Shown here: piece by piece, positions 49,710 through 57,945 of the stretch
How the letters are laid out: every line of letters begins with the position of its first letter
Position numbering within the stretch: the stretch's first letter is position 1
Assembly (NCBI GenBank): GCA_041745075.1
Contig: JBGTJP010000007.1
Span: 1,186-65,185 of the forward strand
Reading direction: 5' to 3'
From: Pyrinomonadaceae bacterium
Lineage (GTDB): Bacteria > Acidobacteriota > Blastocatellia > Pyrinomonadales > Pyrinomonadaceae
DNA: 64,000 bases
Program-made: the position numbers and the translations under genes
Notes under the pieces: model-generated
The model's input: only the letters and a program-made list of their open reading frames with translations
Database searches by the model: none
Told to the model about the DNA's origin: nothing

Positions 49710-50861
49710 ATGAGTGCGACCGTTGAAAAAACCGAGTTTGAATTGCCCCGGCGGCTTCGCGGGCTTCAGCCGACGTTGATTCGTCAGTTTTTTGAACGGG
49801 CGTTGCCGGACAGCATCAATTTTGGGCTTGGCGAGCCTGATCTGCCGACGCCGGATTTTTTGCGGAACGAGGCGGCCCGCGTCACCATCGAGGAACAGAA
49901 CGGCTACACCTCGCATCCCGGTTTGCCGGCGTTGCGGCTTAAGATCGCCGAGCAGTATCCGCACCTGGATTTGCCGAAGACCGGCGTCGTGGTCACATGC
50001 GGTTCGCAGGAGGCGATGACCGATGCATTTATGTGCTGCGTCGATGAGGGCGACGAAGTTCTGCTGCCCGATCCGAGCTTTCCGGCATATGATGCATGCA
50101 CCCGGATCGCTCAGGGTAAACCGGTCTATTATCGAATGCCGGCCGATACAGAATTTGCGTTCGATATAGAGGAATTCCGGTCAAAGATAACTCCGAAAAC
50201 CAAAGCGGCGGTAGTTATCAGCCCATCGAATCCGACGGGCAAAACGATGACCGCCGATGATCACCGTCAGATGGCCGAAGCATTAAATGGGACCGGCATT
50301 TGGCTGCTTTCGGACGAGATCTACAGCGACCTTTATTTCGGCGAACGCCCGCATTCCGCGTCGGAGTTCTATGACAAGACGATAATTATCAGTGGCCTTT
50401 CTAAATCGCTTTCGATGACAGGCTGGCGCCTCGGTTGGGCGGCGTGTGCCGATCCGAAGATGATAAACGCGATCCAGGTGCTGCACGGATTTACGACGGT
50501 CTGTACTTCGACGATCACGCAAAAGGCATCGCTGCTTGCGTGGACGGATGAGGCTGAGGCGGCAAAGCAAAACGCTCGCGACGTATATAAAAAACGGGGC
50601 GCTCTTTTGGTCGATCTGTTCGAAAAAGAGCTTGGCCTCCACGCAACCTCGCCCGAAGGTGCTTTTTACACGATGCTGGATGTTCGCGAGCTTGGCGATG
50701 ATATCGAGATCGCTGAAAAATGTCTGCAAAATCGGGTGGTAACGGTGCCGGGTGTCGCCTTTGGCTCGGAGGCAAAAGGCTTTTTGAGGATTTCATTCTG
50801 CAACACCGAAGAAAAAATGGCCGAGGGCGTTCGGCGGATGAAAGAGGCTTTGATCCAATAA
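49710..50861 (+). CDS. class I/II pyridoxal-phosphate-dependent aminotransferase
   Basis: PSNPTG and the SKSLSMTGWRLGW PLP-lysine motif. Confidence 0.9.
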   Translation: MSATVEKTEFELPRRLRGLQPTLIRQFFERALPDSINFGLGEPDLPTPDFLRNEAARVTIEEQNGYTSHPGLPALRLKIAEQYPHLDLPKTGVVVTCGSQEAMTDAFMCCVDEGDEVLLPDPSFPAYDACTRIAQGKPVYYRMPADTEFAFDIEEFRSKITPKTKAAVVISPSNPTGKTMTADDHRQMAEALNGTGIWLLSDEIYSDLYFGERPHSASEFYDKTIIISGLSKSLSMTGWRLGWAACADPKMINAIQVLHGFTTVCTSTITQKASLLAWTDEAEAAKQNARDVYKKRGALLVDLFEKELGLHATSPEGAFYTMLDVRELGDDIEIAEKCLQNRVVTVPGVAFGSEAKGFLRISFCNTEEKMAEGVRRMKEALIQ

Positions 50862-51129
50862 TCTTTTCCGAAAGAAAGAGGTTGAGGTTTATTGAAGAAC
50901 GATCGGAACCTCTCGAAGTAACGTAAATAGACCTTTCACTTTGTTCGGGCCAACTTCGTCACCATTCGAGTTCTCTTTCCGCCTTTCACGATCGACTAAA
51001 CATCCCGCCCAGTTAACTCAAAACCATCCCGGAGCGACTCGATCTTCCTCCAACACAACTAAAACAGTCGCCAAAACGCCTGGAAATCTCCCCAATGCAA
51101 CTCGGCCAGAGTCAAAAGCTTCTCCGCAA

Positions 51130-51255
51130 AACAAAAAGCCGGCCCGAACAAACAAAAAGATAACAGCGCCAAACAAAAAGCTATTCCGAAGGCTCAGAAA
51201 CCCGGCAAAAATGTTCCTAAACCGGGCTTTACAAACCAAAAAGCCAGCCCAAAAT
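51130..51255 (+). repeat. phased iteron-like AACAAAAAG repeats
   Basis: AACAAAAAG occurs at 51130, 51151 and 51172, exactly 21 bp apart. ACCAAAAAG occurs at 51235, which is 63 bp (3 x 21) further on. By my manual count, units 1 and 4 share 16 of 21 positions. Confidence 0.7.
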
Positions 51256-51411
51256 AAGTCCCGCTCGGCTATGTCTGTCCCAAAGATAGCATCTACCGAT
51301 CAATAGCTTCTCAGATAGAAAACTCATCGACTTCGCCGGTCAACCGGCAGGTTTGCCTTACATCGAAGTTATGCTAATTTACTACTAATTTCTTCAACGT
51401 TCTTTTCCCAG

Positions 51412-51680
51412 ATGAACACTCTCTACTACGGCGATAATCTAAAGATCCTGCGGGGCCGAAACTATTTTTCCGATGCCTGCGTCGATCTCGTATATCTTGA
51501 TCCGTCGTTTATTTGTGTCGGGAATTTCATGGGTTTCAAAGTAACTCTCACCGAGAGAATGGAACGGAATATAAAATCAAAGGACTGGGGAATTGTATGG
51601 GCTTAGAACGGACAGCTACTCCGTCGAATCCGGCGAACGCGACACCGTCTACAACCGGGTGGCGAAAATAGCAGCGTAAT
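51412..51680 (+). pseudogene. collapsed DNA methyltransferase remnant
   Basis: MNTLYYGDNLKILRG...VDLVYLDPSF matches the N-terminus and motif IV (DPPF/Y) region of beta-class N6/N4 DNA methylases. The frame then degenerates and stops at 51606. A different frame ends ...SYSVESGERDTVYNRVAKIAA* at 51680. Confidence 0.55.
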
Positions 51681-51697
51681 TTTGGCGAAGGGTATAA

Positions 51698-52576
51698 ATG
51701 GCAATAACCGGCTTTCAAAACGAGATCCAAAACTACTTTCGTCAAATGCGTGAGGTTCTCCTAGCTAAGGCTCGTGCCGTGGGAAAAACACACCCAGGAC
51801 TTATAGGCGGACATCGCGAAACATTGATAGGCGATTTTTTATCTCCAATGCTCCCACGACGATTCAGCATTGGACGAGGTATGGTTTTCGGTATCGCCCA
51901 CCGAAGTAAGGAAGCAGATATCGTGATCTGGGACTCCAGCAATTATCCGTCACTACAGTTGCAAGATCACCAGCTCTTTTTTTCCGAATCTGCCCGTGTG
52001 GTAGTTGAGGCAAAATCGAACTGGTCGACTAACGAATTCGAGAATGTGCTGATAAAGTGTGAGGCGGTACGTAACATTGTTCCAACGCACGCTCCTAACA
52101 TAGCGGACAAAGTCGCTCGCATTGAGGTTGAATTACACGCTCTCCAACACAATCGTGGACACGACGGAATATTGCTCTCACAGCCGCATACTGCGACAGC
52201 GGGTTTCTTTTTCTTTGGCGGATCAAATTTTGATTTAGATTTTGTTAAAGACGAATGGTTGGATAACGCTGACGATTCTTGGCCGGACGTCTTGATACTT
52301 CTAGAACCAGGGATTGTCGTTGCGAAGCATTATGTTACTGGCGACACCTTTTTAAGTGGCGAAGGTTATTTGGAGTTTATTGATGCTAAAGAGGACTGTC
52401 TATTAGTCTATACGGCCGCCTTAATCGCCTTGATGAATGAAAGGTCGGTTCAGGTTGAAGATCCGAATTATCTTTCAATTCACATCCAGGGAATTTTAAG
52501 TAACCTAACCGCGCAAACCACTACCTTTTCTTTGACGCGTCCAGCTCCTGGAAGAGTGCCGCTGTGGCGAAGCTAG
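51698..52576 (+). CDS. PD-(D/E)xK nuclease-like protein (resembles DUF6602-type restriction-endonuclease-like proteins)
   Basis: 292 aa. N-terminal GGHRETLIGDFLSPMLPRRFSIGRG, then KEADIVIWD (Asp74) ... VVVEAKS (Glu104-x-Lys106), a classic D...ExK arrangement. Confidence 0.6.
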   Translation: MAITGFQNEIQNYFRQMREVLLAKARAVGKTHPGLIGGHRETLIGDFLSPMLPRRFSIGRGMVFGIAHRSKEADIVIWDSSNYPSLQLQDHQLFFSESARVVVEAKSNWSTNEFENVLIKCEAVRNIVPTHAPNIADKVARIEVELHALQHNRGHDGILLSQPHTATAGFFFFGGSNFDLDFVKDEWLDNADDSWPDVLILLEPGIVVAKHYVTGDTFLSGEGYLEFIDAKEDCLLVYTAALIALMNERSVQVEDPNYLSIHIQGILSNLTAQTTTFSLTRPAPGRVPLWRS

Positions 52577-52683
52577 TCGCACACGAAGCCTTCAAAGTGC
52601 CTCACTTAGCGGTGCAAGTTGATCACGAAACGGGTAAAATCGGTCGCGAACACTAACAAATCGCTCCCGGAGGTTGGGAATCC

Positions 52684-52816
52684 GGCGGCGAAGTAAAAAT
52701 GACCAAACAAGAGATCATCGCGGGTGAGCCACCGCGCAGGTTTTGAAGCTGTTGAGAAGGAGACGGTGTATAATCGTGTGGAAAAGGCTGCGGTCCGATT
52801 GATCGGGAGGCAATGA
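52684..52816 (+). repeat. repeat module copy A
   Basis: Shares ggcggcgaagtaaWaatg...gagatcatcgcgggtga.ccaccgcgc.ggttttgaagctgt with copy B. One frame reads ...HRAGFEAVEKETVYNRVEKAAVRLIGRQ*. Confidence 0.75.
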
Positions 52817-52817
52817 A

Positions 52818-53045
52818 ATGGGCTTAGACAGAATAACATTTGACGCAAACGTAATGGGCGGGAAGCCCTGTATTCGCGGGCTTCGCGTAACGGTTGGAAC
52901 TATAGTTGGCCTAATCGCCGCCGGAAAGTCATCCGACGAGATTCTGAAGGCCTATCCTTACCTTGAAGAACAAGACCTCCGTGAGGCACTGTCCTATGCC
53001 GCTTGGCGTGTCGAGGAGATCGAACTTCCGCTTGCCGCTGCATGA
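52818..53045 (+). CDS. DUF433-family antitoxin-like protein
   Basis: 75 aa with ...MGGKPCIRGLRVTVGTIVGLI...EILKAYPYLEEQDLREAL..., typical of DUF433. SD GGGAGG lies upstream. Confidence 0.85.
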   Translation: MGLDRITFDANVMGGKPCIRGLRVTVGTIVGLIAAGKSSDEILKAYPYLEEQDLREALSYAAWRVEEIELPLAAA

Positions 53046-53416
53046 AGATCGTGATCGATATGAACCTGTCGCCGGATTGGACAGCCGCATTTGCGGCTGC
53101 TGACATCGAATCGGTGCATTGGTCAAAAGTCGGCGACCCGCGAGCCGAGGACACCCTGATAATCGAATACGCTCGGGCGAATGGTTATATCGTTTTCACC
53201 CATGACCTAGATTTTGGAATGATTCTGGCTCTAACCGATGCAACAGGCCCGAGCGTCATCCAAGTTCGCACGCAGGATATTTTGCCATCACATATTGGTA
53301 ACACACTTATCTCAGTCCTGCGTGACAACGCGTCTGCTCTCGACCGCGGAGCCTTGATCGTCGTGGACGAAGCACGAGCAAGAGTTCGCATATTACCGTT
53401 GCAAAGGCCTTCGTGA
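53042..53416 (+). CDS. DUF5615 (PIN-like / Mut7-C-like) toxin-like protein
   Basis: MKIVIDMNLSP...IVFTHDLDFG... pattern. There is an ATGA start/stop overlap with the DUF433 gene. Confidence 0.8.
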   Translation: MKIVIDMNLSPDWTAAFAAADIESVHWSKVGDPRAEDTLIIEYARANGYIVFTHDLDFGMILALTDATGPSVIQVRTQDILPSHIGNTLISVLRDNASALDRGALIVVDEARARVRILPLQRPS

Positions 53417-53417
53417 T

Positions 53418-53565
53418 GGCGGCGAAGTAATAATGTCGAAACAAGAGATCATCGCGGGTGATCCACCGCGCCGGTTTTGAAGCTGTGGAAAGAGACACCT
53501 TCTTCAACCGCGTCGCCGCAGTGGCCCGAAACCGGCCAGATCAGGGCCGTTTACATCAAACGTAA
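53418..53565 (+). repeat. repeat module copy B
   Basis: Begins 2 nt after the toxin stop. One frame reads ...HRAGFEAVERDTFFNRVAAVARNRPDQGRLHQT*. Confidence 0.75.
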
Positions 53566-53637
53566 CGCTGAGGTCGGAAATTTCTCGGCTAGCTATCCGA
53601 TAACCTTCGTGTAGGGCGGGACTCAGAAGAAATACAG

Positions 53638-53681
53638 GATCGCGAATGGCTTATATAGCTGTTCGCGATCTTTTTAATTTT
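53638..53681 (+). terminator. rho-independent terminator closing the accessory patch
   Basis: gatcgcgaa (53638-46) / ttcgcgatc (53662-70) 9-bp stem followed by TTTTTAATTTT. Confidence 0.6.
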
Positions 53682-53789
53682 GTATGAGGCTCTGAAACTG
53701 TAGAACCTGTCAAGGCAAATTTGTGATAGAGGGGCCAGTTTTCCTAACGGTTGGTTTTCCATTACAATTAACATCGGTTTGGACATACT

Positions 53790-54830
53790 ATGGCGAAAAA
53801 ATATCGAGTAGGAATTTTAGGCGCGACCGGAACTGTCGGTCAGCGTTTTATACAGCTTCTTGAGGGGCATCCGCAATTTGATGTTACGGCGCTGGCGGCG
53901 TCGGATCGTTCGGCCGGGAAGACATATGGCGAGGCGTGTGCGTGGAAACTGACCGGTTCGATACCGGAAACCGTTCGCGATATTGTTGTGCAGCCCATCG
54001 AGCCGCCGCTTGATTGCGATCTTGTTTTTTCGAGCCTGCCGTCGTCGGTTGCCCGCGAAACGGAGGAAGCGTTTGCCCGTGCGGGATTTCCAGTCATCAG
54101 CAATTCGTCCAGCTATCGGATGGATGAGGACGTGCCGCTGCTTATTGCCGAGATAAATGCGGACCATCTTGACCTGATCCCTGTACAGCAGCAAAAACGC
54201 GGGTTCGGAAAAGGATTTATTGTTACCAATCCTAATTGTGCGGTCGTCAGCTTTGCTCCGCCGCTGGCCGCGATACATCGAAAATTCGGCATCGAATCGG
54301 CAGTCGTGACAACCATGCAGGCCGTATCGGGAGCGGGCTATCCGGGTGTTTCGTCGATGGACATAGTCGATAACGTTGTGCCCTACATCGCCGGCGAAGA
54401 GCCGAAGGTCGAGACCGAAGCACAGAAAATAATCGGGACATTTGTTGACGGTTCGATCGAGAAAGCCGACTTTGCGGTTTCGGCCCAGTGCTTTCGCGTA
54501 AATGTCCTCGACGGACACACCTGCTCGGTTCGCGTGGACCTTAAGCAAAAAGCCACGCTGGAAGATATTGTGATGGCAATGAGGGAATTTCCTTCGCTTG
54601 ACCTGCACTCGTCGCCTGCGAGATTTATTGAAGTAACGGACGAACCGACCCGGCCGCAGCCGCGGATCGACCGCGACAACGGCAACGGAATGACGATCAC
54701 CGTCGGCCGAATTTTCCCGGACACGGTCTTTGATTACCGTTTTGTTTCGTTGAGCCACAACACGGTTCGCGGCGCGGCCGGGTCGGCCATTTTGAATGCA
54801 GAACTTTTGATAGACAAGCGAATTATTTGA
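53790..54830 (+). CDS. asd: aspartate-semialdehyde dehydrogenase
   Basis: MAKKYRVGILGATGTVGQRF... NAD(P) motif and the active-site segment IVTNPNCAVV. Confidence 0.92.
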   Translation: MAKKYRVGILGATGTVGQRFIQLLEGHPQFDVTALAASDRSAGKTYGEACAWKLTGSIPETVRDIVVQPIEPPLDCDLVFSSLPSSVARETEEAFARAGFPVISNSSSYRMDEDVPLLIAEINADHLDLIPVQQQKRGFGKGFIVTNPNCAVVSFAPPLAAIHRKFGIESAVVTTMQAVSGAGYPGVSSMDIVDNVVPYIAGEEPKVETEAQKIIGTFVDGSIEKADFAVSAQCFRVNVLDGHTCSVRVDLKQKATLEDIVMAMREFPSLDLHSSPARFIEVTDEPTRPQPRIDRDNGNGMTITVGRIFPDTVFDYRFVSLSHNTVRGAAGSAILNAELLIDKRII

Positions 54831-54834
54831 CCTG

Positions 54835-55989
54835 ATGGCTGATGCGGCAAGCGATAATGGCTTTTCGAGAAAGGTCCTGATAGCGGTGGGTCTCGTCTGT
54901 CTGACGTTGCTTCTGCTGGTCGTGGTCTATTTTACGCTGGACGTAATTCTGCTGATCTTTGCCGCCGCACTCCTCGCAATTTTCCTGCGCGGCCTGGCTG
55001 ACATACTTTGCAAATACACAAGCATTCCTGAAGGCTGGGCGGTAATAGCGGTCTCGACATTGATCATCGCGGTGCTTGCCGGGGCGATCGCATTTCTTGC
55101 GCCGGATGTTGCGGATCAGTTTGGACATTTGCGCGAACAGCTTCCGATCTCGGCCGGGAAAGCGGCCGACGACATCTCGGTGTACGGGTGGGGCCGGGCG
55201 TTGATCGACAATCTTCCAAGCTACGACGACGTCCGCAATAACCTAAACCCATCGACCTTACTGGCGGGCGTCGGCGGGTTTTTCTCATCGACCGTTGGAG
55301 CGGTCGGCAATTTCTTTATCGGAATATTGCTTGCGATCTATCTTGCCAGCGAGCCCCGCTTTTACACCCGCGGCTTTACCAATCTTTTTCCGCTGGCAAA
55401 ACGTACGCGAGTGCGCGAGATCCTATTCGCCATCGGCGACACGCTTCGATGGTGGCTGATCGGTAAGGTGGGTTCGATGATCTTTATCGGGATCTTGACC
55501 TGGATCGGTCTTTCGATCATCGGTGTTCCGCTTGCCCTGACGCTTGGCCTGATCGCCGGACTGCTGTCTTTTATCCCGAACTTTGGCCCGATACTTTCCG
55601 CGTTTCCGGCACTTCTCCTTGCGTTTATCGAGAGCCCGACAAAGGCTTTTTATGTGCTTATTTTGTTTGTCGGTGTCCAGTTGATCGAATCGAACCTGGT
55701 AACGCCGTATATCGAACGAAAAACGGTCGAGCTGCCGCCGGCGCTAACCATTGTTTTCCAGCTTGCGCTTGCGGTGCTGGTCGGTGGCCTTGGGCTGGTG
55801 CTGGCAACGCCTATCCTTGCCGTGTTGATCGTGCTGATCCAGATGGTGTATGTCGAGGATGTCCTCGGCGACCGCGGGACCGAAGTCAATCAGAATATTG
55901 GCGACGCAGACATAAAAGCGGGTGCCGAAGAGATCCGAGAGGCCGAAGATGAAAAAGATGAGGATAGCTCCGAGGTCGAAGAATTATGA
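54835..55989 (+). CDS. AI-2E family transporter (PerM-like)
   Basis: 384 aa, multi-pass membrane protein with ...SFIPNFGPIL... and an acidic C-terminal tail. Confidence 0.82.
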   Translation: MADAASDNGFSRKVLIAVGLVCLTLLLLVVVYFTLDVILLIFAAALLAIFLRGLADILCKYTSIPEGWAVIAVSTLIIAVLAGAIAFLAPDVADQFGHLREQLPISAGKAADDISVYGWGRALIDNLPSYDDVRNNLNPSTLLAGVGGFFSSTVGAVGNFFIGILLAIYLASEPRFYTRGFTNLFPLAKRTRVREILFAIGDTLRWWLIGKVGSMIFIGILTWIGLSIIGVPLALTLGLIAGLLSFIPNFGPILSAFPALLLAFIESPTKAFYVLILFVGVQLIESNLVTPYIERKTVELPPALTIVFQLALAVLVGGLGLVLATPILAVLIVLIQMVYVEDVLGDRGTEVNQNIGDADIKAGAEEIREAEDEKDEDSSEVEEL

Positions 55990-57281
55990 TCGAACGTTAC
56001 ACACTGCCTGAGATGGGAGCGATCTGGTCGCTGCAGAACAAGTTTCAGCGGTGGCTGGATGTGGAGATTGCCGTTTGTGAGGTGCACGCCGAAGACGGAA
56101 CGATACCAGCCGACGCCGTCAACGAGATAAGGGCAAAAGCGGCGTTTACCGTCGAACGTATTGCCGAGATCGAAAAGACGACCGATCACGATGTTATTGC
56201 ATTCACGACCAATCTTGCCGAGAACATCGGTGAAGCTGCACGCTTTGTCCATTACGGCCTGACCTCGAGTGATGTTGTCGATACCGCGAACGCAATGCTG
56301 CTGAAAGAATCGTGCGATATTCTTTTGGCAAAGATCGACGCGATGCTTCCGGTGCTGAAGCGGCGTGCATTTGAATTTAAGGACACACCGCAGATCGGGC
56401 GGACACACGGAATTCATGCCGAGCCGACATCTTTTGGCCTTGTGTGGGCACTGTGGTATTCGGAAATGCAGCGGAACCGCGAACGGCTGATCAGAGCGAA
56501 AGATGCCGTTTCGGTCGGGAAGATCAGCGGGGCGGTGGGAGCGTTTGCTCATCTTGACCCGAATGTCGAGGAACGTGTCTGTGCCAGACTCGGTCTGAAA
56601 GCGGCGGATGTTTCGACGCAGGTGATCCAGCGTGACCGCTATGCGGAATATCTATCAACGCTTGCCATAATTGCTTCTACTTTGGAAAAGATCGCGTTGC
56701 AGGTACGTCATTGGCAGCGGACCGAAGTTCGCGAGGCTCAGGAGGCCTTCAGGAAAGGCCAAAAGGGCTCGTCCGCAATGCCGCACAAACGCAATCCTAT
56801 CTTGTCCGAACGCATCTGCGGGATGGCCCGAACCGTCCGGGCAAATTCGATCGTTGGGTTGGAGAACATTGCGCTCTGGCACGAACGCGACATATCACAT
56901 TCATCCGCCGAACGGATAGTTTTGCCTGATTCGTCCGCGACGACCGATTATATCCTTGCGAAAACCACAAGCCTTCTGGATACGCTCGTCGTTTATCCGG
57001 AAAACATGCTCAAAAATCTCGGACTGACCCGAGGCCTGGTGTTCAGCGGACAGTTGATGCTGGCTTTGACTCAGAAGGGTGTGTCACGCGAGGACGCCTA
57101 CGTCTATACTCAGCGAAACGCGATGAAGGTCTGGGACGAAGGCGGCGACTATCAAGAATTAGTAAACAAAGACGCAGACATTTCTTCGAGTCTTTCGACA
57201 GAAGAAATAGCCCGCGTTTTTGATCTGAAACACTATTTACGGAATGTGGAAAAAGTTTTTGAGCGGGTGTTCAGGAGATGA
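55986..57281 (+). CDS. purB: adenylosuccinate lyase
   Basis: 431 aa with the fumarate-lyase signature GSSAMPHKRNP. Confidence 0.95.
   Translation: MIERYTLPEMGAIWSLQNKFQRWLDVEIAVCEVHAEDGTIPADAVNEIRAKAAFTVERIAEIEKTTDHDVIAFTTNLAENIGEAARFVHYGLTSSDVVDTANAMLLKESCDILLAKIDAMLPVLKRRAFEFKDTPQIGRTHGIHAEPTSFGLVWALWYSEMQRNRERLIRAKDAVSVGKISGAVGAFAHLDPNVEERVCARLGLKAADVSTQVIQRDRYAEYLSTLAIIASTLEKIALQVRHWQRTEVREAQEAFRKGQKGSSAMPHKRNPILSERICGMARTVRANSIVGLENIALWHERDISHSSAERIVLPDSSATTDYILAKTTSLLDTLVVYPENMLKNLGLTRGLVFSGQLMLALTQKGVSREDAYVYTQRNAMKVWDEGGDYQELVNKDADISSSLSTEEIARVFDLKHYLRNVEKVFERVFRR
57203..57281 (+). repeat. purB 3'-end, copy 1 (in frame with purB)
   Basis: About 85% identical by eye to 57945-58021. 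Encodes EIARVFDLKHYLRNVEKVFERVFRR*. Confidence 0.85.
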
Positions 57282-57489
57282 GTTCGTTCGCTTCACAATT
57301 TTCTTCGAAAATACGAATCTTATCGATCAGGGAGTCAACAGTTTCTTCGGCAAACTCTTCCTTACGCCACTTTACATAATCAAATGGTTCACGGAGAGCC
57401 GACGAAACAAATCCGGCAGAATCGACCGGACCAAGCGCCTCGATCAATGCTTTCATGCCTTTAACTCTGATTTCCGCCTCAGTTCTCAT
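57271..57489 (-). CDS. small partner protein of the decayed PIN gene (putative antitoxin)
   Basis: MRTEAEIRVKGMKALIEALGPVDSAGFVSSALREPFDYVKWRKEEF... Its ATG lies inside the last codons of the reconstructed PIN frame. Its 3' end overlaps the purB stop region. Confidence 0.55.
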   Translation of the reverse strand: MRTEAEIRVKGMKALIEALGPVDSAGFVSSALREPFDYVKWRKEEFAEETVDSLIDKIRIFEENCEANELIS

Positions 57490-57945
57490 CTTCAATATTT
57501 CGCACCAGATCAACAGGATTCAAAATCGATAGTGCGGTAATTTTTTCGGCACGATTGAGTATTCCCTTATCGACAGTAACAATACAATCGACAACCCCTT
57601 CGTCGCCGATGCTATATGAATCGAATCGATAGAGCCAAAACCAAATTCTACTATTTTTCCAGCGAATTCACGGACTTTTTCGGTCGCGAAAATGTCTGCC
57701 GTGGCAATATGGTTTCCATTTTTTGACAGACTCACGCCTTTCGCTAATAGGGCAGCGATTATTCTCAAATTCGATCGTCGACGACCAAGCAAGTTCGATC
57801 GAAAACTGCTTCAGACTCGATTCTGTTCCGTTCGATCGATTGATCATCGAACGGGCGATGAAAAACGCAGTTGTCAGGATAAACTCGCATCGACGATACT
57901 TGAAAAACAAACTAACGCGGACATTTTCGTCATACCTGTCGGCAT
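57479..57945 (-). pseudogene. frameshifted PIN-domain toxin gene
   Basis: PIN-like pieces are spread over at least three frames. They read ...SIVDAS..., ...TAFFIARSMINRSNGTES...STIEFENN..., ...IATADIFATEKVREFAGKIVEFGFGSIDSIHIASATKG..., and then GVVDCIVTVDKGILNRAEKITALSILNPVDLV...*. Confidence 0.6.

Noticed and set aside
50941-51306. 121-aa ORF in the A/C-rich stretch
   Set aside because: It has a TTG start, extreme Pro/Lys/Thr/Asn low complexity that follows directly from the A/C skew, and no RBS. I treat it as non-coding and report it as a repeat/skew finding instead.
52698-52816. Possible programmed +1 frameshift (TTT TGA) joining M(T/S)KQEIIAG(E/D)PPRRF to EAVEK... in repeat copies A and B
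   Set aside because: It is attractive because both copies keep ATG...TTT-TGA followed by the conserved frame. However, there is no clear stimulatory SD-like element, only two copies exist, and a relic-gene explanation fits equally well. It is not supportable without translation data.
52606-52848. Two similar minus-strand ORFs (also 53307..53507) sharing STASKPARW(L/I)TRDDLLF
   Set aside because: Their similarity simply reflects repeat copies A and B read on the opposite strand. They overlap the DUF433 and DUF5615 genes, and substitution patterns favour a plus-strand frame.
53817-54758. 313-aa minus-strand ORF
   Set aside because: It is antisense to asd and has Arg-rich shadow-frame composition. 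The same reasoning applies to 21260..22057, 41594..42442, 48378..49187, 55890..56552 and 32395..33138.
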